A stretch of DNA of 64,000 nt from Acidobacteriota bacterium. Lineage in GTDB: Bacteria > Acidobacteriota > UBA890 > WLXD01. The notes under the pieces are model-generated. The model was not told where the DNA came from. It worked only from the letters and a program-made list of their open reading frames with translations, and searched no databases. Made by a program: the position numbers and the translations under genes. The DNA lies in NCBI GenBank assembly GCA_965205505.1, contig CBDBHB010000009.1, positions 32,001 through 96,000 of the forward strand, given 5' to 3'. Every line of letters begins with the position of its first letter. The first letter of the stretch is position 1. Positions 20,908 through 32,048 of the stretch are shown one piece after another.

Positions 20908-21906
20908 TCAGTGGGCGGCGGCGAGGTACGGGAACTTCTTGGAGAACTCCCCGTCGTTGCCGTCGACGCAGTCGGTCGCTGCCGGGTTGCTGGTCAACAA
21001 CGCCAGGGTGATGTTGGCAACGTCGTCAGCGAGCCCGCGGCCGTTCGGGAACATACTCTCTGCCTGCCGGCTGTACTGCATCACGTCGGGCAGCAGCGCG
21101 GCCACCAGCACCGCGGCGGTCGCTTCGTCGGCGCCGAGCGCCATCACGTTGTTGTTGACCACCGTGCCGAACCTCTTGGGGTCGTTGTGGGGCCTCTTGT
21201 TCTTGTTGAAGGCGTTCTGGTTCTTTTTCAATGGCCCCACCAAAAACAGGTTGATGAACGGACGGCCCATGCGGTCGATCTGCTTGTTACCTATCTGCAC
21301 TGAGCCCCAGAAGTTCACCCCGGGCAGCACATCTAGCCCGACGCTGCCGTTCGGTATGTCAAGGATGATCGCCATCACGTTGGCGTTGGAGAAAAAGTCG
21401 AAACCCACACCCCCCGGACAGAACGCCAGCCCGTTCTGCGCCGCCAGCAGATCAAAGTAGAAGGGATCGTCGAACATCCCTGCATTCGCCCGACCGCCGC
21501 CGTCGAGCCGGATTGGCCGCCGCCCATATGAGCCTGAGCCCATCTCTACGCCATCGAGGCTGACCTGCATGTTGTCACCATCGAAGGCCACCGCCCACTG
21601 GCGGTCGACCTTGAAGTCTCCGTCGTTGTCGAAGTTGAAGATGTAGTGGGCCTCGTCGTTGAACTCCGCCGGGCTCAATAGGCCCGCGAGCGGGGCCACG
21701 GTCATGATCAGCGTCGTTTCTCTCTTCTTCTTCTGGGCCGGGAAGATGTAGACATCGCCGATGTCAGTGCGGCCGTCCTTGAGGACGCTGGGCGAGTCGA
21801 AGTGGTCACCTGCCCTCAACGGGCGAACGTCGAGCCCCGCGATCACAAGCGCGGCTACGGCGATCGTCGGAACGGCTGCGGTGAACACAACACTTGCCTT
21901 GCGCAT
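20908..21906 (-). CDS. DUF4331-family secreted protein
   Basis: Signal peptide, DHFDSP, DIGDVYIF, DDPFYFD, QIDRMGRP, FPNGR.L.DDV, FPYLA. Confidence 0.85.
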   Translation of the reverse strand: MRKASVVFTAAVPTIAVAALVIAGLDVRPLRAGDHFDSPSVLKDGRTDIGDVYIFPAQKKKRETTLIMTVAPLAGLLSPAEFNDEAHYIFNFDNDGDFKVDRQWAVAFDGDNMQVSLDGVEMGSGSYGRRPIRLDGGGRANAGMFDDPFYFDLLAAQNGLAFCPGGVGFDFFSNANVMAIILDIPNGSVGLDVLPGVNFWGSVQIGNKQIDRMGRPFINLFLVGPLKKNQNAFNKNKRPHNDPKRFGTVVNNNVMALGADEATAAVLVAALLPDVMQYSRQAESMFPNGRGLADDVANITLALLTSNPAATDCVDGNDGEFSKKFPYLAAAH

Positions 21907-22415
21907 AAACGTTCACTCCTGGTTCAGCGGCGGGGTCTCATTCCTAAGCCACGCGGAACCTTAGGAGAATGGAACGTCGTGCCGCGCCCTCAATATTGAG
22001 GGGTTCGGCAAGATTTCTGGAAGACTCAGAGAGGAACATACGGCGGTACGGCCCGCGTCGGACTGCGCGACGCTCCCTGCCGGCCGAAATCAGCTTGTCC
22101 ACGCTCGGTCGGAGGCTGGAGGCACCGCCCGATCGGACCCGGTCCTATGATTCATTCCGATGCGACGCACTGCAGCCGGTCAATAAACAGGATCCTGCGT
22201 CCTAAGTGGGGCACATCCCCGCATTCAGTCCCAGTCGCGGCGAAGCGAATCCCGACAGCCACATCACCCTGCGCCTACCCAGGTCGCCGTGACTCGACCG
22301 AGTCGGCTGTGGTCCTAGACCGGTGGGTGACGACATCGCACGCCTGCTGTGGGATCTCTGAGGAGATATCGGCAGCACGGTCGAAGTCAGTGCTGACAGA
22401 GCGCTCCTGTCGACT

Positions 22416-23567
22416 TCAAGGCCGAGCGTGGGGAGCGCCCGCCACCGATAGCACTAACTGTACAAGGTCCCCTTGCCGCGTGAGGCCATGCTTGGTGAAG
22501 ATCTGCCTCACGTGCCAACGGATGGTGCTTACCCTGCGGCCCGTCGCCGAGGCGATTTCACGGACGGTCTTGCCTTCGGCCAGCAACACGACCACCCGGC
22601 TCTCCATCGGCGTAAGGCCGAGAACTACCGTTACGAGACCCGTATCAATACGCGTCCCTCTTCCAGCGTCCACAACCAGCACGAGCGCCGCGACCGGCCA
22701 AGCGCGGAACTCCCTCTCCCGGCTGTCGACCGGGGTGATGTGCAACATAAGCGGCGGCAGAGCCGCCGAGCGCCTCACCATCATCGAGCCGCCGGTGCCC
22801 TCAGCCCCGAATGACGGCAGCGCGCGCGTCAACAGTCCCTGAAGATCGTCATTGTCCGCCGACGAGCGGGCAAACAGGAAACCGCCCTCGTCGAACAGGC
22901 CGTCAGCGGTTCGCAGCAGGTCCCGGGCACGGTCGTTGGCCGCTATGATCCGCCCGCGCGAGTCCAACTGGACGATCCCGGACCCCTTGGTGGAGAGCAA
23001 CTCGTCGAACGACGCACCTAGGGCTCCGGCCCCGGCCAGCATCTGTCGGACGCTCACGTATTGGCGCATATGAGGCAATAGACGCCGGATCAATTCAGTC
23101 TGGGCCGACGACCAGCCGTCCGCGTCAATGGGGTCATTGATGACCCAGACGATGCGCGTGCCGTTGGGGCCATCCAGGCGCACGTTGAGACCCTTCTGGA
23201 CATGGGCCAAGTGCAGGAACTCGTTATAGGCCGGGGAGGTCTTCAACTCCTTGTCGGTGTAGAGGTCTGCGGTGTGGACCAGTTGGCTATCGGGCAGGTT
23301 CCGGAGTCGCGGCGCACGTTCGTCCACGGGGTAGTAGGTGTCGAAGTACTCGCGCTCCAATTCTTCGTGGCGTTGCCCGCCGCGAAAGTACCCGGCAGAG
23401 AATATCTGGATGCCTTGTTCGGGGCTTCCTGAGCCGAACACCAGGCTGTGGCCCTTCGCGCGGACCGCGTCATCTATAAGGGCGGAGGCGGCTGGCCAGT
23501 GGGCGTCGTCGAGCGCGGCTTCGTGCAACGATGCCAGGATGCGATCGAATGTGTCTCCTTTGTTCAT
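22416..23567 (-). CDS. LuxR-type HTH transcriptional regulator with PAS-like segment
   Basis: C-terminal LTPMESRV...G..VREIA...STIRWHVRQIFTK; N-terminal EAALD...W. Confidence 0.85.
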   Translation of the reverse strand: MNKGDTFDRILASLHEAALDDAHWPAASALIDDAVRAKGHSLVFGSGSPEQGIQIFSAGYFRGGQRHEELEREYFDTYYPVDERAPRLRNLPDSQLVHTADLYTDKELKTSPAYNEFLHLAHVQKGLNVRLDGPNGTRIVWVINDPIDADGWSSAQTELIRRLLPHMRQYVSVRQMLAGAGALGASFDELLSTKGSGIVQLDSRGRIIAANDRARDLLRTADGLFDEGGFLFARSSADNDDLQGLLTRALPSFGAEGTGGSMMVRRSAALPPLMLHITPVDSREREFRAWPVAALVLVVDAGRGTRIDTGLVTVVLGLTPMESRVVVLLAEGKTVREIASATGRRVSTIRWHVRQIFTKHGLTRQGDLVQLVLSVAGAPHARP

Positions 23568-23735
23568 GACGGTGCCTTTATCGCAGGATTTTCCTTCGGG
23601 CACACTCCTGACTCAATCATCTCCGACGGCTAGCGCTCTTCCTTGCTGCACCGAATAAGCTACCGCCACCGCTGGAGATACTATCGCCGAAGCAGGGACG
23701 AACTAGGCACCGCCGAGATACATGGCGTCCATGCC

Positions 23736-25001
23736 TCAGAGTCTGCGGCAGCGCACCGCCAGGGATTGGAGGCCTCGGATGATGAGGCTCTTGCGAAACC
23801 GCGGGTGATCCTCAAGTAGGCTCATCGACTTGAACCGGTCGAGCAGTATCTCGAGAACGATCCGGCCTTCCAAACGCGCTAGCAGGGCGCCGAGGCAATG
23901 GTGGATCCCGCTCCCGAAAGAGAGGTGCGAACCCTGGTGGCGATCAACATCGAGCCGGTCCGGATTCTCGAACACGTCCGGATCCCGGTTGGCTGCGCCC
24001 AGAAGAAGGACGACATTGTCACGTTCTCGCAGCGGAGAGCCGTTGACCTCGCAGTCCGCGAGCACACGCCGAAAATCCACCTGCGCCGGAGAGTCGAAGC
24101 GCAGCAGTTCCTCCACGGCCGCCGGGATCAGGCTCGGGTCTTCCCGGAGCCGTTGAAGCTGTTCGGGATGCCGAAGCAGGGCCAGGATGCCGTTTCCGAT
24201 CAGGTTTACGGTGGTCTCGTTGCCGGCGCTGAGCAGAAGCCGAAGCATGTTCAGCGTCTCGCGTTCGCTCAAATGTACGCTTTCGTCCTGCGCTCGCACC
24301 AGAGTGCTTACGATGTCGTCGCGCGGCTCGGCGCGCCGCTCCTCGATGATCGGTCGGAAATAGGCGTCGAACGCCCGCGAGGCCGCCGCGCCGGCCTTAC
24401 GTTCGCGCGCACCGATCATCGGGTCCAGCAGTCGCGCACGCTGCTCCGACCAGATCATGAATTGTGCCCTGTCTTCAGCCGGAACGCCCAGCATCTCGGC
24501 GATGACGATCACTGGCAGGGGCCGGGCCACTGCCTGCATAAAGTCGAACGCCGTCGGGTCGTCGATGTCGTCCAGCAGGGCCCCCAGAATGGCGCGGATG
24601 CGGGACTCAAGCGCGTTGACCGCCCTCGGGGTAAACGCCGTCCTGACGACCGCCCGCAGCCGCGTGTGGTCCGGTGGGTCCAGAAGCAGCATCGTGAACT
24701 CGTCCGGCGGCGACAGCATGGCCAGCTGTCGAGACGATAGCGTGCCCTTGCGTGGGTCATTGCCGAAGCGCTGGTGGTCGCGCAAGATGGCTTCCACATC
24801 GGCGTAGCGGGTGAACAGCCAGGCATTGAACAAGCGGCTCCGGTGCACCGGAGCCCGGGCTCGCAGAGCCGCATAGACGGGATACGGATCCTGGGCCATC
24901 TGGGCCGACAGCGGGTTATACGCTACGCCGCTCTGCCAACGTTCCCGCAGGAGCACTGCGTTGGCGACTGCAGAACGTATCGCCTCGCCAACCGGAAACA
25001 T
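23736..25001 (-). CDS. Cytochrome P450
   Basis: DPPDHTRLR, AGNETT, EELLR, heme motif FGSGIHHCLG. Start uncertain (ORF is open to 25184). Confidence 0.93.
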   Translation of the reverse strand: MFPVGEAIRSAVANAVLLRERWQSGVAYNPLSAQMAQDPYPVYAALRARAPVHRSRLFNAWLFTRYADVEAILRDHQRFGNDPRKGTLSSRQLAMLSPPDEFTMLLLDPPDHTRLRAVVRTAFTPRAVNALESRIRAILGALLDDIDDPTAFDFMQAVARPLPVIVIAEMLGVPAEDRAQFMIWSEQRARLLDPMIGARERKAGAAASRAFDAYFRPIIEERRAEPRDDIVSTLVRAQDESVHLSERETLNMLRLLLSAGNETTVNLIGNGILALLRHPEQLQRLREDPSLIPAAVEELLRFDSPAQVDFRRVLADCEVNGSPLRERDNVVLLLGAANRDPDVFENPDRLDVDRHQGSHLSFGSGIHHCLGALLARLEGRIVLEILLDRFKSMSLLEDHPRFRKSLIIRGLQSLAVRCRRL

Positions 25002-25205
25002 CACCGATCCCTCGCAATTGGCGCCCAGAAACCTGCGTACCGGTGGCGCGAGGGGCTCCTTCAGCGACCTGAAGCGCGCAAAGCGGTGGCGACCGATCCG
25101 CGCGACCCCTTGAGATCCCGATAGCATCGCCACGCGGCGCGTGCGGGCACGCAGATCGTCATCCGATAAGGACGGACCCACCATATAGCATCGCCACGCG
25201 GCACG

Positions 25206-26018
25206 CCTTGGCTGGGCCGTGCACCCGGTTCTCGTCCGGCGCGAACAGAATTGGCGTGGCGCGCCCGAACTCCCGGTAAACAGTGGCCTCGGCGGACGTT
25301 AGCTGATGAACAGCGCGCGTACCAAGCAGGTAAGCCTCGCTGGCTCTTGGCTCCCAGGCCTGCTCGCAGACTACGCCCAGGTTGAGGGAATGCTGGATCT
25401 CAGCTATGGAACGGAGGGGTTCAACGCGACAGGCAAGGTCAGCCTGAATGGAGCTATCGTGGATGGTCAGGTGATCTGCCAAGGGCGGGTCGGCCGCGAT
25501 GCCGACGTGAGCGAGCGCGACTTGGTTCGCGGTGCGAACCCGGTACCAAGTGGGAGAGTTGCGGAGCCCAGCCGAGTCGCGTTTGCCGCGGATGGCCTAC
25601 GAGCGCGAGGAGGCGTTCACGTGGGTGGCGAGAAGGGCGTGGTTTTCGACGGGCAACTACGCTTCATTGGTTGCCGGAGCGATCAATTCCACATCTCCAA
25701 CGCAAGATTCGTTCACGAGAATGGTACAGCCATATTGGCGCAGCAGGCCTGGATCGAGGGCTCCTTGGTTCTCGACCGCGTCACAACGAAGGGGCCTGTG
25801 TTGCTGGACTCGTGCAATGTTAGGGACAGACCTTATCGTCAAGGGCTGCCGATTCCGCAGGAACGCAAGCTGTGAGAACCACCTGGTCAGCATTTCATTA
25901 GGTCTGTTCGGGACCTCGGTAAGTGGGGAGATCAGCGTTAGCGGCTCAGTCTTCGACGGACAGGTCTCGCTTGTCGGCAGCCGGGTTGGCAGAGCAGTTC
26001 GCCTCGACGATGTCGAAG
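25206..26018. pseudogene. Rearranged partial duplicate of the 1840..3765 gene
   Basis: 25206-25306 is an inverted copy of about 1850-1964. 25307-26018 is a direct copy of about 2165-2875 with a 1-nt insertion near 25821. Confidence 0.9.
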
Positions 26019-26210
26019 ATGCCGAAGTCGTCCGCCGGATGCGATCGAGTGCCCGGTATCAGCGGTGGCGCGCCGCGATCCTCCGAGACGAGCCACCTGG
26101 CGCGACACGGTGGTCCGGACCTCGACTGCTGGCGAGCGTACCCGGCTCAACCGCGGCACTCCTGAGCTCGGCGAGAACGACAAGATCGTCCGGCGCGAAT
26201 ACCGGATGAG

Positions 26211-26585
26211 TCAGCGCCGCTGGTATGGGTGCAACGGCCGGAACAGATTCAAATAGCGATATTCCCATAGGGCCGCGTGTGATCTCTCCGACCGGATCAA
26301 CTGCGCTAACTGATCTTCCTGTTCTCGGGGCAGTGACAGGCCGCCTGGCAGTTCTAGGTCCTCCGCGTTTGATAGGTCTGGTGACGTGTCTGCTATGGTG
26401 GGCGCCTCCTCTGATCTCCGACGTTGCGAAACACTGACCTCGCTACCACCGGGTAGTCTGATGTGCGCGACGCGAGCCATCAGTTGCCGTATGTCCGTGT
26501 GAAAGATGAGGATGATCACGACGACGGCGACCGGAATCGACAGCAGGACCGCCAAGTAGTCGAGTATGAGCAGGGAGATATCCAT
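26211..26585 (-). CDS. Hypothetical protein with N-terminal membrane anchor, probably 3'-truncated
   Basis: Hydrophobic first 30 aa and a GGAGG RBS. The C-terminus runs into fragment junctions. Confidence 0.5.
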   Translation of the reverse strand: MDISLLILDYLAVLLSIPVAVVVIILIFHTDIRQLMARVAHIRLPGGSEVSVSQRRRSEEAPTIADTSPDLSNAEDLELPGGLSLPREQEDQLAQLIRSERSHAALWEYRYLNLFRPLHPYQRR

Positions 26586-27187
26586 CTACACGGTGGGTCC
26601 TCCGCCGAGCAGTTATGGTCACATTCTAAATTGTGAGTACAGCGGCCACTTGCACTTGAAGTCAAGGAAGGCTTGTCTCGCATAGTGTTCGGCAATGCCT
26701 GCCCGGTTCATGATCTCGCCGTCAAGACTGTCATGGCCCGGAGCGCCGCGTGGGCGCCGGCAAGGACGGCTCCGCCGACATTCGTGCGTTCCAGGCCGAG
26801 ATTCTCGACGGCCACCTGCGTACCCATCGGTCGCTTCTCACGGAGAAGCCATCTACGAATGCAACATCGGCCACGACACGAACGGCAACCCTCGACTGGG
26901 CAAGAGCCGCACGCGAGGACGGATCGAGGCACTGTAAGCCGCTGTTCTGGCGGTAGGATTGGGGCGCCGGTGGCGCTTGCCGTCTCCGGACCGCACAGTG
27001 TCCGTAGCCCACACGACTACGTGCTCACCGAGCAGCTCTACACTTGAGGGGCGAGGCCGAAGCCGTCCGCGGGTATCGGTTCGCTGCCGAGCAGGGCAAC
27101 GCCGATGCCCAGTGTGTACCTCGCGTTCATGTACACGCGCTCGTCTCTTATTCCACAGCCGCGGGTTTACGCAAAGGATGAGTTACT

Positions 27188-27997
27188 GTGACAGAGTTAC
27201 ACGTGGTGAGCTGGAACATCGGCCTCCGCGACGCGCCGATGCGAACACTCAGGGGATCCGGCTACGATGTGGCGTTGCTCCAGGAGACACGCCTGCCCGA
27301 GGATACGTGGGAGCGGGAACACTACGACCGCGGCACGGCGGTGCTGGGACTCTCGGCACGAGTCAAACTCCTCAAGCTGAGAAGCATCCCGCAGGGCCGT
27401 AGACCGGGACGAGACGAAGTCGCGGTGAGCGCTCCCGGCACGATCGCTGCCGCCCACATCATCCCCGAGACCGGAGAACCCTTCATTGCCGTCTCGCTCT
27501 ACGCGCGGTGGGAAAGACCGCATCCACTCACCCCGAGCAGTTGGGGCGTCGGCTACTCCGACGCGATGGCACATCGTGCCATTTCGGATCTGAGCGCGTT
27601 CATCGGCCACGAGGATCCGACGAAACATCGACTCTTGGTCGCGGGTGACTTCAACCTCATCCACGGGGCGACCGACACGAATCCCCTGGCGCTCCCGGAG
27701 CGTGACCGGAGCGTGTTCGAGCGGCTCGATGCGCTCGGCCTCAAGTTTATGGGGCCGCAACACCCGAACGGCAGAAGCGCGGATCCGACGCCACAGGGCC
27801 TCGCGCCGAACACGCGGAACGTTCCGACCTACTACACGAGCCACCAGAAGCCGCGGACAGCAGCGAACCAGCTGGACTATGTGTTCGCGTCGCGGGGATT
27901 TCACCGAAGGGTCCAGACGCGTGCGCTCAATACACCCCAAGAGTGGGGACCTAGCGACCATTGCCGGATTGCCATCGACGTCGACGTGTTCGCATAG
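27188..27997 (+). CDS. EEP-family nuclease/phosphatase
   Basis: VVSWN, DVALLQE, AGDFN, QLDYVF, SDH: full catalytic set. Confidence 0.88.
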   Translation: MTELHVVSWNIGLRDAPMRTLRGSGYDVALLQETRLPEDTWEREHYDRGTAVLGLSARVKLLKLRSIPQGRRPGRDEVAVSAPGTIAAAHIIPETGEPFIAVSLYARWERPHPLTPSSWGVGYSDAMAHRAISDLSAFIGHEDPTKHRLLVAGDFNLIHGATDTNPLALPERDRSVFERLDALGLKFMGPQHPNGRSADPTPQGLAPNTRNVPTYYTSHQKPRTAANQLDYVFASRGFHRRVQTRALNTPQEWGPSDHCRIAIDVDVFA

Positions 27998-28480
27998 ATT
28001 CAGGACTCGAAGGAGTAGAGGAACCACTGCGTATGCTCACGGAGCTGCCGGTGTTCGTGCACCTGTTCCGGGACGTTTTCTGCGCCGGCACGGCGGGCCA
28101 CTCGCTACGCATCGGTGTGGCCAGGACCTTGCCGCCGCGAGCGCTTCGCTGGTTGAAATGTAAGCAGGCCGGTGGCTCTCGCCCACAATGCCGGTTCGCT
28201 ACGCACGCGGACAGCTCGCCTCGCGCGGGTTGCGGTCGCTAGGTTACGCTGCAGCCAGTACAAGAGGTCGAGAATGACGATCGAGCTCGGCGGGTTCCAT
28301 CGGTTTGGCCTCCTTGATGATTAGGCTGTTCACGTGGCTGCGCCAGGACGTAGCAGGCGTCGAATCCAGGCTAAGGTGAATGGATCGATGCCCCGTGGAG
28401 CACGGGCAATCCGAGTTGCGCGAGCGCATGGCGAAGCTCGCAGGGCTACGTGAAGCGATCACGGGCCGACGGGCCGCTAC

Positions 28481-29086
28481 TTGACGCTCGGGGCGAACTC
28501 GCCTCTCGGGGAGGTCTCGAGGCAGATGGAGGACATGCGAGCCGGGAAGGATTCTACCAGACGGAAGTCTCTCTCACGGGCCTGGACCGCGGTGGAGGCC
28601 GATGATCTCTGGGCTTTTCTAATCCGCTCAAGAGTCCGCGGAGCCCTCCGCGGTCAGCCCGCTGGCTCGGCGAGCGCCGGCCGTGCTGCGCTCCGCCGTC
28701 TGAAGCTCTCAGACTTCGGTAGGTGCACCAGCCAGGCGGCCTTCAACAAGCGACTCGACAAAGCGACCACCTCAGTTCGTCATGCCCTGGCTTCAGAATC
28801 CTGGGGCTGGGCACGCAAGTGCATCAACATGTGCTTGCGAGACGCCCTGTACAATGTCTACTTGCGCGCCGAATTTGATCTGGGCCACGTGGAGCCGTGG
28901 GCCGAGTTGCCGCTGGACAACGAGGTGGCAGCTCGGTTGCGACAGCGCGAGCCGGATCTTCCCGGCGCCTTCGCGGTGTCGGGCGTCACGCCGGCCCAGC
29001 ATGCGCGATTCCAGACGGTGGCTACGCGCTGGGCCGAAGAGCTGTGCACCTGCCGGGTTCATCTGGACATACTGATTTGGAAGTAG
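28481..29086 (+). CDS. Hypothetical helical protein, possibly glycosylase-like
   Basis: WGWARKCINMCLRD, ELPLD, RVHLDILIW. Start uncertain. Confidence 0.55.
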   Translation: MTLGANSPLGEVSRQMEDMRAGKDSTRRKSLSRAWTAVEADDLWAFLIRSRVRGALRGQPAGSASAGRAALRRLKLSDFGRCTSQAAFNKRLDKATTSVRHALASESWGWARKCINMCLRDALYNVYLRAEFDLGHVEPWAELPLDNEVAARLRQREPDLPGAFAVSGVTPAQHARFQTVATRWAEELCTCRVHLDILIWK

Positions 29087-29124
29087 CAGATTTTGTTCCA
29101 ACCAACTGACAGGGAGCAGGAGCC

Positions 29125-29829
29125 GTGGCGGCCGACAACAAGCGAGACGGTCGTATCCGTCACGGGCGTGGTGACAGCATGACCGGCCGTGGGCGAAGCG
29201 GCGGGCTGCAGGCGATTTTCTCGTTCTTCCTCGGACTGATGGTGACCGCGTTCGTCGGCGTGGGCGCCTACACGTTCCACCCGCCGCCACACGAGCAGCT
29301 CGCCCGGCAGATGCAGCAACTGGATCGCCGGGAGGTAGCAGTTCGGGATTCACGGCCACCCGAGCAGCTGACCGCCGAGGACCGAGGCCAGATCCAGATG
29401 CTGAACTCCGAGCGGGACCAGCTCTCGGATGCCATGCAACAGGCCCGGGAGGGGTGGGCTCGGAGCACGAGCATTATCCTGATCACGCTGGCAACACTGG
29501 TGATGGCCGTGTCGCTGGTGCGTTCCGAACAGTTGCCGGTCGTGGGCAACGGCCTGTTGCTGGGCGGTCTGTTCACGATGGTTTATGGCATCGGCTGGAT
29601 CATCTCCACGGACACCTCCGTACTCCGCTTCGTGGTGATGACCGTGGCGCTCAGCATCACGCTGGCCCTGGGCTATATCCGCTTCGTGCGTGCGCAGGCA
29701 TCACCGCCAGTGGCACGGGACCAGGCCGGCGTGAGTGTAGGGGTGGCGGAGCTGGAGCGGCGCGTGGGCGACCTCGAGGCGCGGCTGAACGCCGTGGCCG
29801 AAGCGCTCCGACACAGAGGCGAGCGCTAG
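29125..29829 (+). CDS. Membrane protein with coiled coils
   Basis: Four hydrophobic helices and a C-terminal LERRVGDLEARL. Confidence 0.65.
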   Translation: MAADNKRDGRIRHGRGDSMTGRGRSGGLQAIFSFFLGLMVTAFVGVGAYTFHPPPHEQLARQMQQLDRREVAVRDSRPPEQLTAEDRGQIQMLNSERDQLSDAMQQAREGWARSTSIILITLATLVMAVSLVRSEQLPVVGNGLLLGGLFTMVYGIGWIISTDTSVLRFVVMTVALSITLALGYIRFVRAQASPPVARDQAGVSVGVAELERRVGDLEARLNAVAEALRHRGER

Positions 29830-29869
29830 AGGCTTCCGCTGCTCCGCGCCGGATGCACCCAGGTAAATT

Positions 29870-30215
29870 CGGCTCCATTATCGGAACGGATGGAGGCAGC
29901 AATGCCGCCGTGGACGAAGAGCCTGCCGAACCGCTCCAGCACGCTCTTGGAGTTCAACTCCCGTTCTGCGTCGATCGCCAGGCATTCTCGCGTGTATTCA
30001 TCGATGACGCTCAGCAGGCCGCAGCCGGATGCAGGAACCGTCGGTTGAACCATAAGCGCGCCCGTCTAGGCTGCTTGTTCGGGACGTTAAGCCCCTCACG
30101 TCGCCAGATCCGATGCACCCGCTTCGGGTTCACCGACCCGCCCTTCATCCGCAGCAAGGCCGTGACCCTCCGGTATCCATAACGGCCGGTTTGCCGCGCC
30201 AACCCGATGATCCTG
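29870..30215 (-). mobile_element. Degenerate IS3 orfB fragment
   Basis: RYGYRRVTALL, IDEYTRECLAID and IRSDNGAEF, with frameshifts. Confidence 0.8.
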
Positions 30216-30524
30216 TGGGGTGTCGGGGCACTCGCTGCGCATTGGAGCCGCACAGGACCTCGCCGCCGCGGGTGCTTCCCTGGTTGAGATGTAGCGGCCG
30301 GACGCTGGCTCTCGCCCACCATGCCGGCACGCTACGCTTGCGGACAGCTCGGCACCCGTGGCACCGTGGCGCGACTGCGATTTGGCCAGTAGCCGCAGGC
30401 CGTCCACATCGCGGGTCGGAGGCGGCCACGAAGGTGGAGACTGCCATACCCCATTGGCTCGATTCCCATCACGACGACGTGTCGATGCCGGGCTCGCGGA
30501 AGGCGTCGAGGACTCCGCGTTGAA

Positions 30525-31835
30525 ATGGCGCGTGCCGGGGTCTGTGGCAAACTCATTCAGCATCCTTGCGGGAGTCGAAGCGTGTCGACCAAAAGTCCAT
30601 TCCTTGTCTGGCTCGGGCGTCTCCTACTGGTCATCGGATCGCCGTTGCTGTTCTTGGCCATCGCCGAGCTAACGATCCGCGTCGCCGGCATTGAAACGGA
30701 CGTTGCTCAAAATCGAAACGCGCAGATCGCCGTTCCGGTTTGGTTGTTCACCGACCAGGGCTGGGTGCGCCAGCGCCAGGCCGATCTGATGCGCTCGCAG
30801 GAGCCGATAAAGGCCGTGGACGTGGCCTGGATGTACCACTTCGAAGAGGCCCGCTGGATTCAGTACCGGATGAAGCCGAATGTCGACACGTTAGCGGTGA
30901 ATCCCTTCAACAGGATCGAGGTCGCCAAGAACATCACGTTTCAGCTCACGTCCAACAGCGACGGCTTCCGCGGCCACAAACTCGGCCCCAAGCGCCCCAG
31001 AGTGACACGGATCGTCACCATAGGCGACTCGAGCACGTTCGGTTGGGGCGTCGAGCTCGAACACACCTTCCAGCACATCCTGGAAGCGAAGCTCAACAAG
31101 TCCTTGCCCGGCTCGATGGAGGTCATCAACCTCGGGATCCCCGGCCAGAACACCCGACACGGGGTGGGAATGCTCCGGCACTACGCGATGCCGCTGGAGC
31201 CCGACCTGCTCATTATGAGTTACGGCGCCAACGACCCACGCTTAGTGCCGACGGCCGCCGACGAACTACTTGCAGCACACGACACCTACCTCGGCGCCCT
31301 GCGCTTCGTATTGCTCGAGCTGCGCAGCTACAGGCTGCTCCGTCGCCTCGTGTTTACGGTGTGGGACCCACTCACCGTGGACCCGGAGGAGGCTGCCGCA
31401 GCACAGCAATTCGTCCAGGCTGTACCGCTCAAGGAATATCGTAACAACCTAGCCGCGATGTGGGAGATTGCAGAGGCTGCCGCCGTGCCGACGGTGTTTA
31501 TGTCCGTGTGCACGGGCGCGGAGGAGTACGTCGCGATGATGGCCTCGGTGGCGCGAGACACGAAAGCACCGATGCTGAACACCCGCGCGCTTTTCGCGGA
31601 TCGGCTCGAAGAGCTGATCGACGGACGCCTGCATCCCAGGAAGGTACGACACTATAGGTCGATATACGGACGTCGCGTTCTCGAACGGATGCGCCAGTAC
31701 TATGTCACCAACGACGGTTGCCATCCGAACTGGGTTGGGCACAGTCTGATTGCCGAAGCGTTGGCGCCGTTGGTGAAGCGGGCGCTGCGCCGTAGCCAAT
31801 CCGCAACCGCCGAGTTCAAGCAGCGAGCTCCCTAG
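30525..31835 (+). CDS. Membrane-anchored SGNH/GDSL hydrolase
   Basis: NSDGFRG, GDSSTFG, NLGIPG, GAND, DGCHPN. Start uncertain. Confidence 0.88.
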   Translation: MARAGVCGKLIQHPCGSRSVSTKSPFLVWLGRLLLVIGSPLLFLAIAELTIRVAGIETDVAQNRNAQIAVPVWLFTDQGWVRQRQADLMRSQEPIKAVDVAWMYHFEEARWIQYRMKPNVDTLAVNPFNRIEVAKNITFQLTSNSDGFRGHKLGPKRPRVTRIVTIGDSSTFGWGVELEHTFQHILEAKLNKSLPGSMEVINLGIPGQNTRHGVGMLRHYAMPLEPDLLIMSYGANDPRLVPTAADELLAAHDTYLGALRFVLLELRSYRLLRRLVFTVWDPLTVDPEEAAAAQQFVQAVPLKEYRNNLAAMWEIAEAAAVPTVFMSVCTGAEEYVAMMASVARDTKAPMLNTRALFADRLEELIDGRLHPRKVRHYRSIYGRRVLERMRQYYVTNDGCHPNWVGHSLIAEALAPLVKRALRRSQSATAEFKQRAP

Positions 31836-32048
31836 GCCGTCGAGCCGGCGGAATGGGTCATGCACGCGACGAAGACGATCGCCACATCCGACGCCGTGCC
31901 CACGCCGACGCCGCGGGAGTGTAACCGACCGCTCTGGTGCTCGATGCCGACAACGCAGGGTAATGTTCAACGGCCAGCTTGTTCGGCGCCGTGACGATGA
32001 GTCAGATCGGTAACCACCCGAGTGGGCCCTGCTGCCCGCCGGTTCCGA

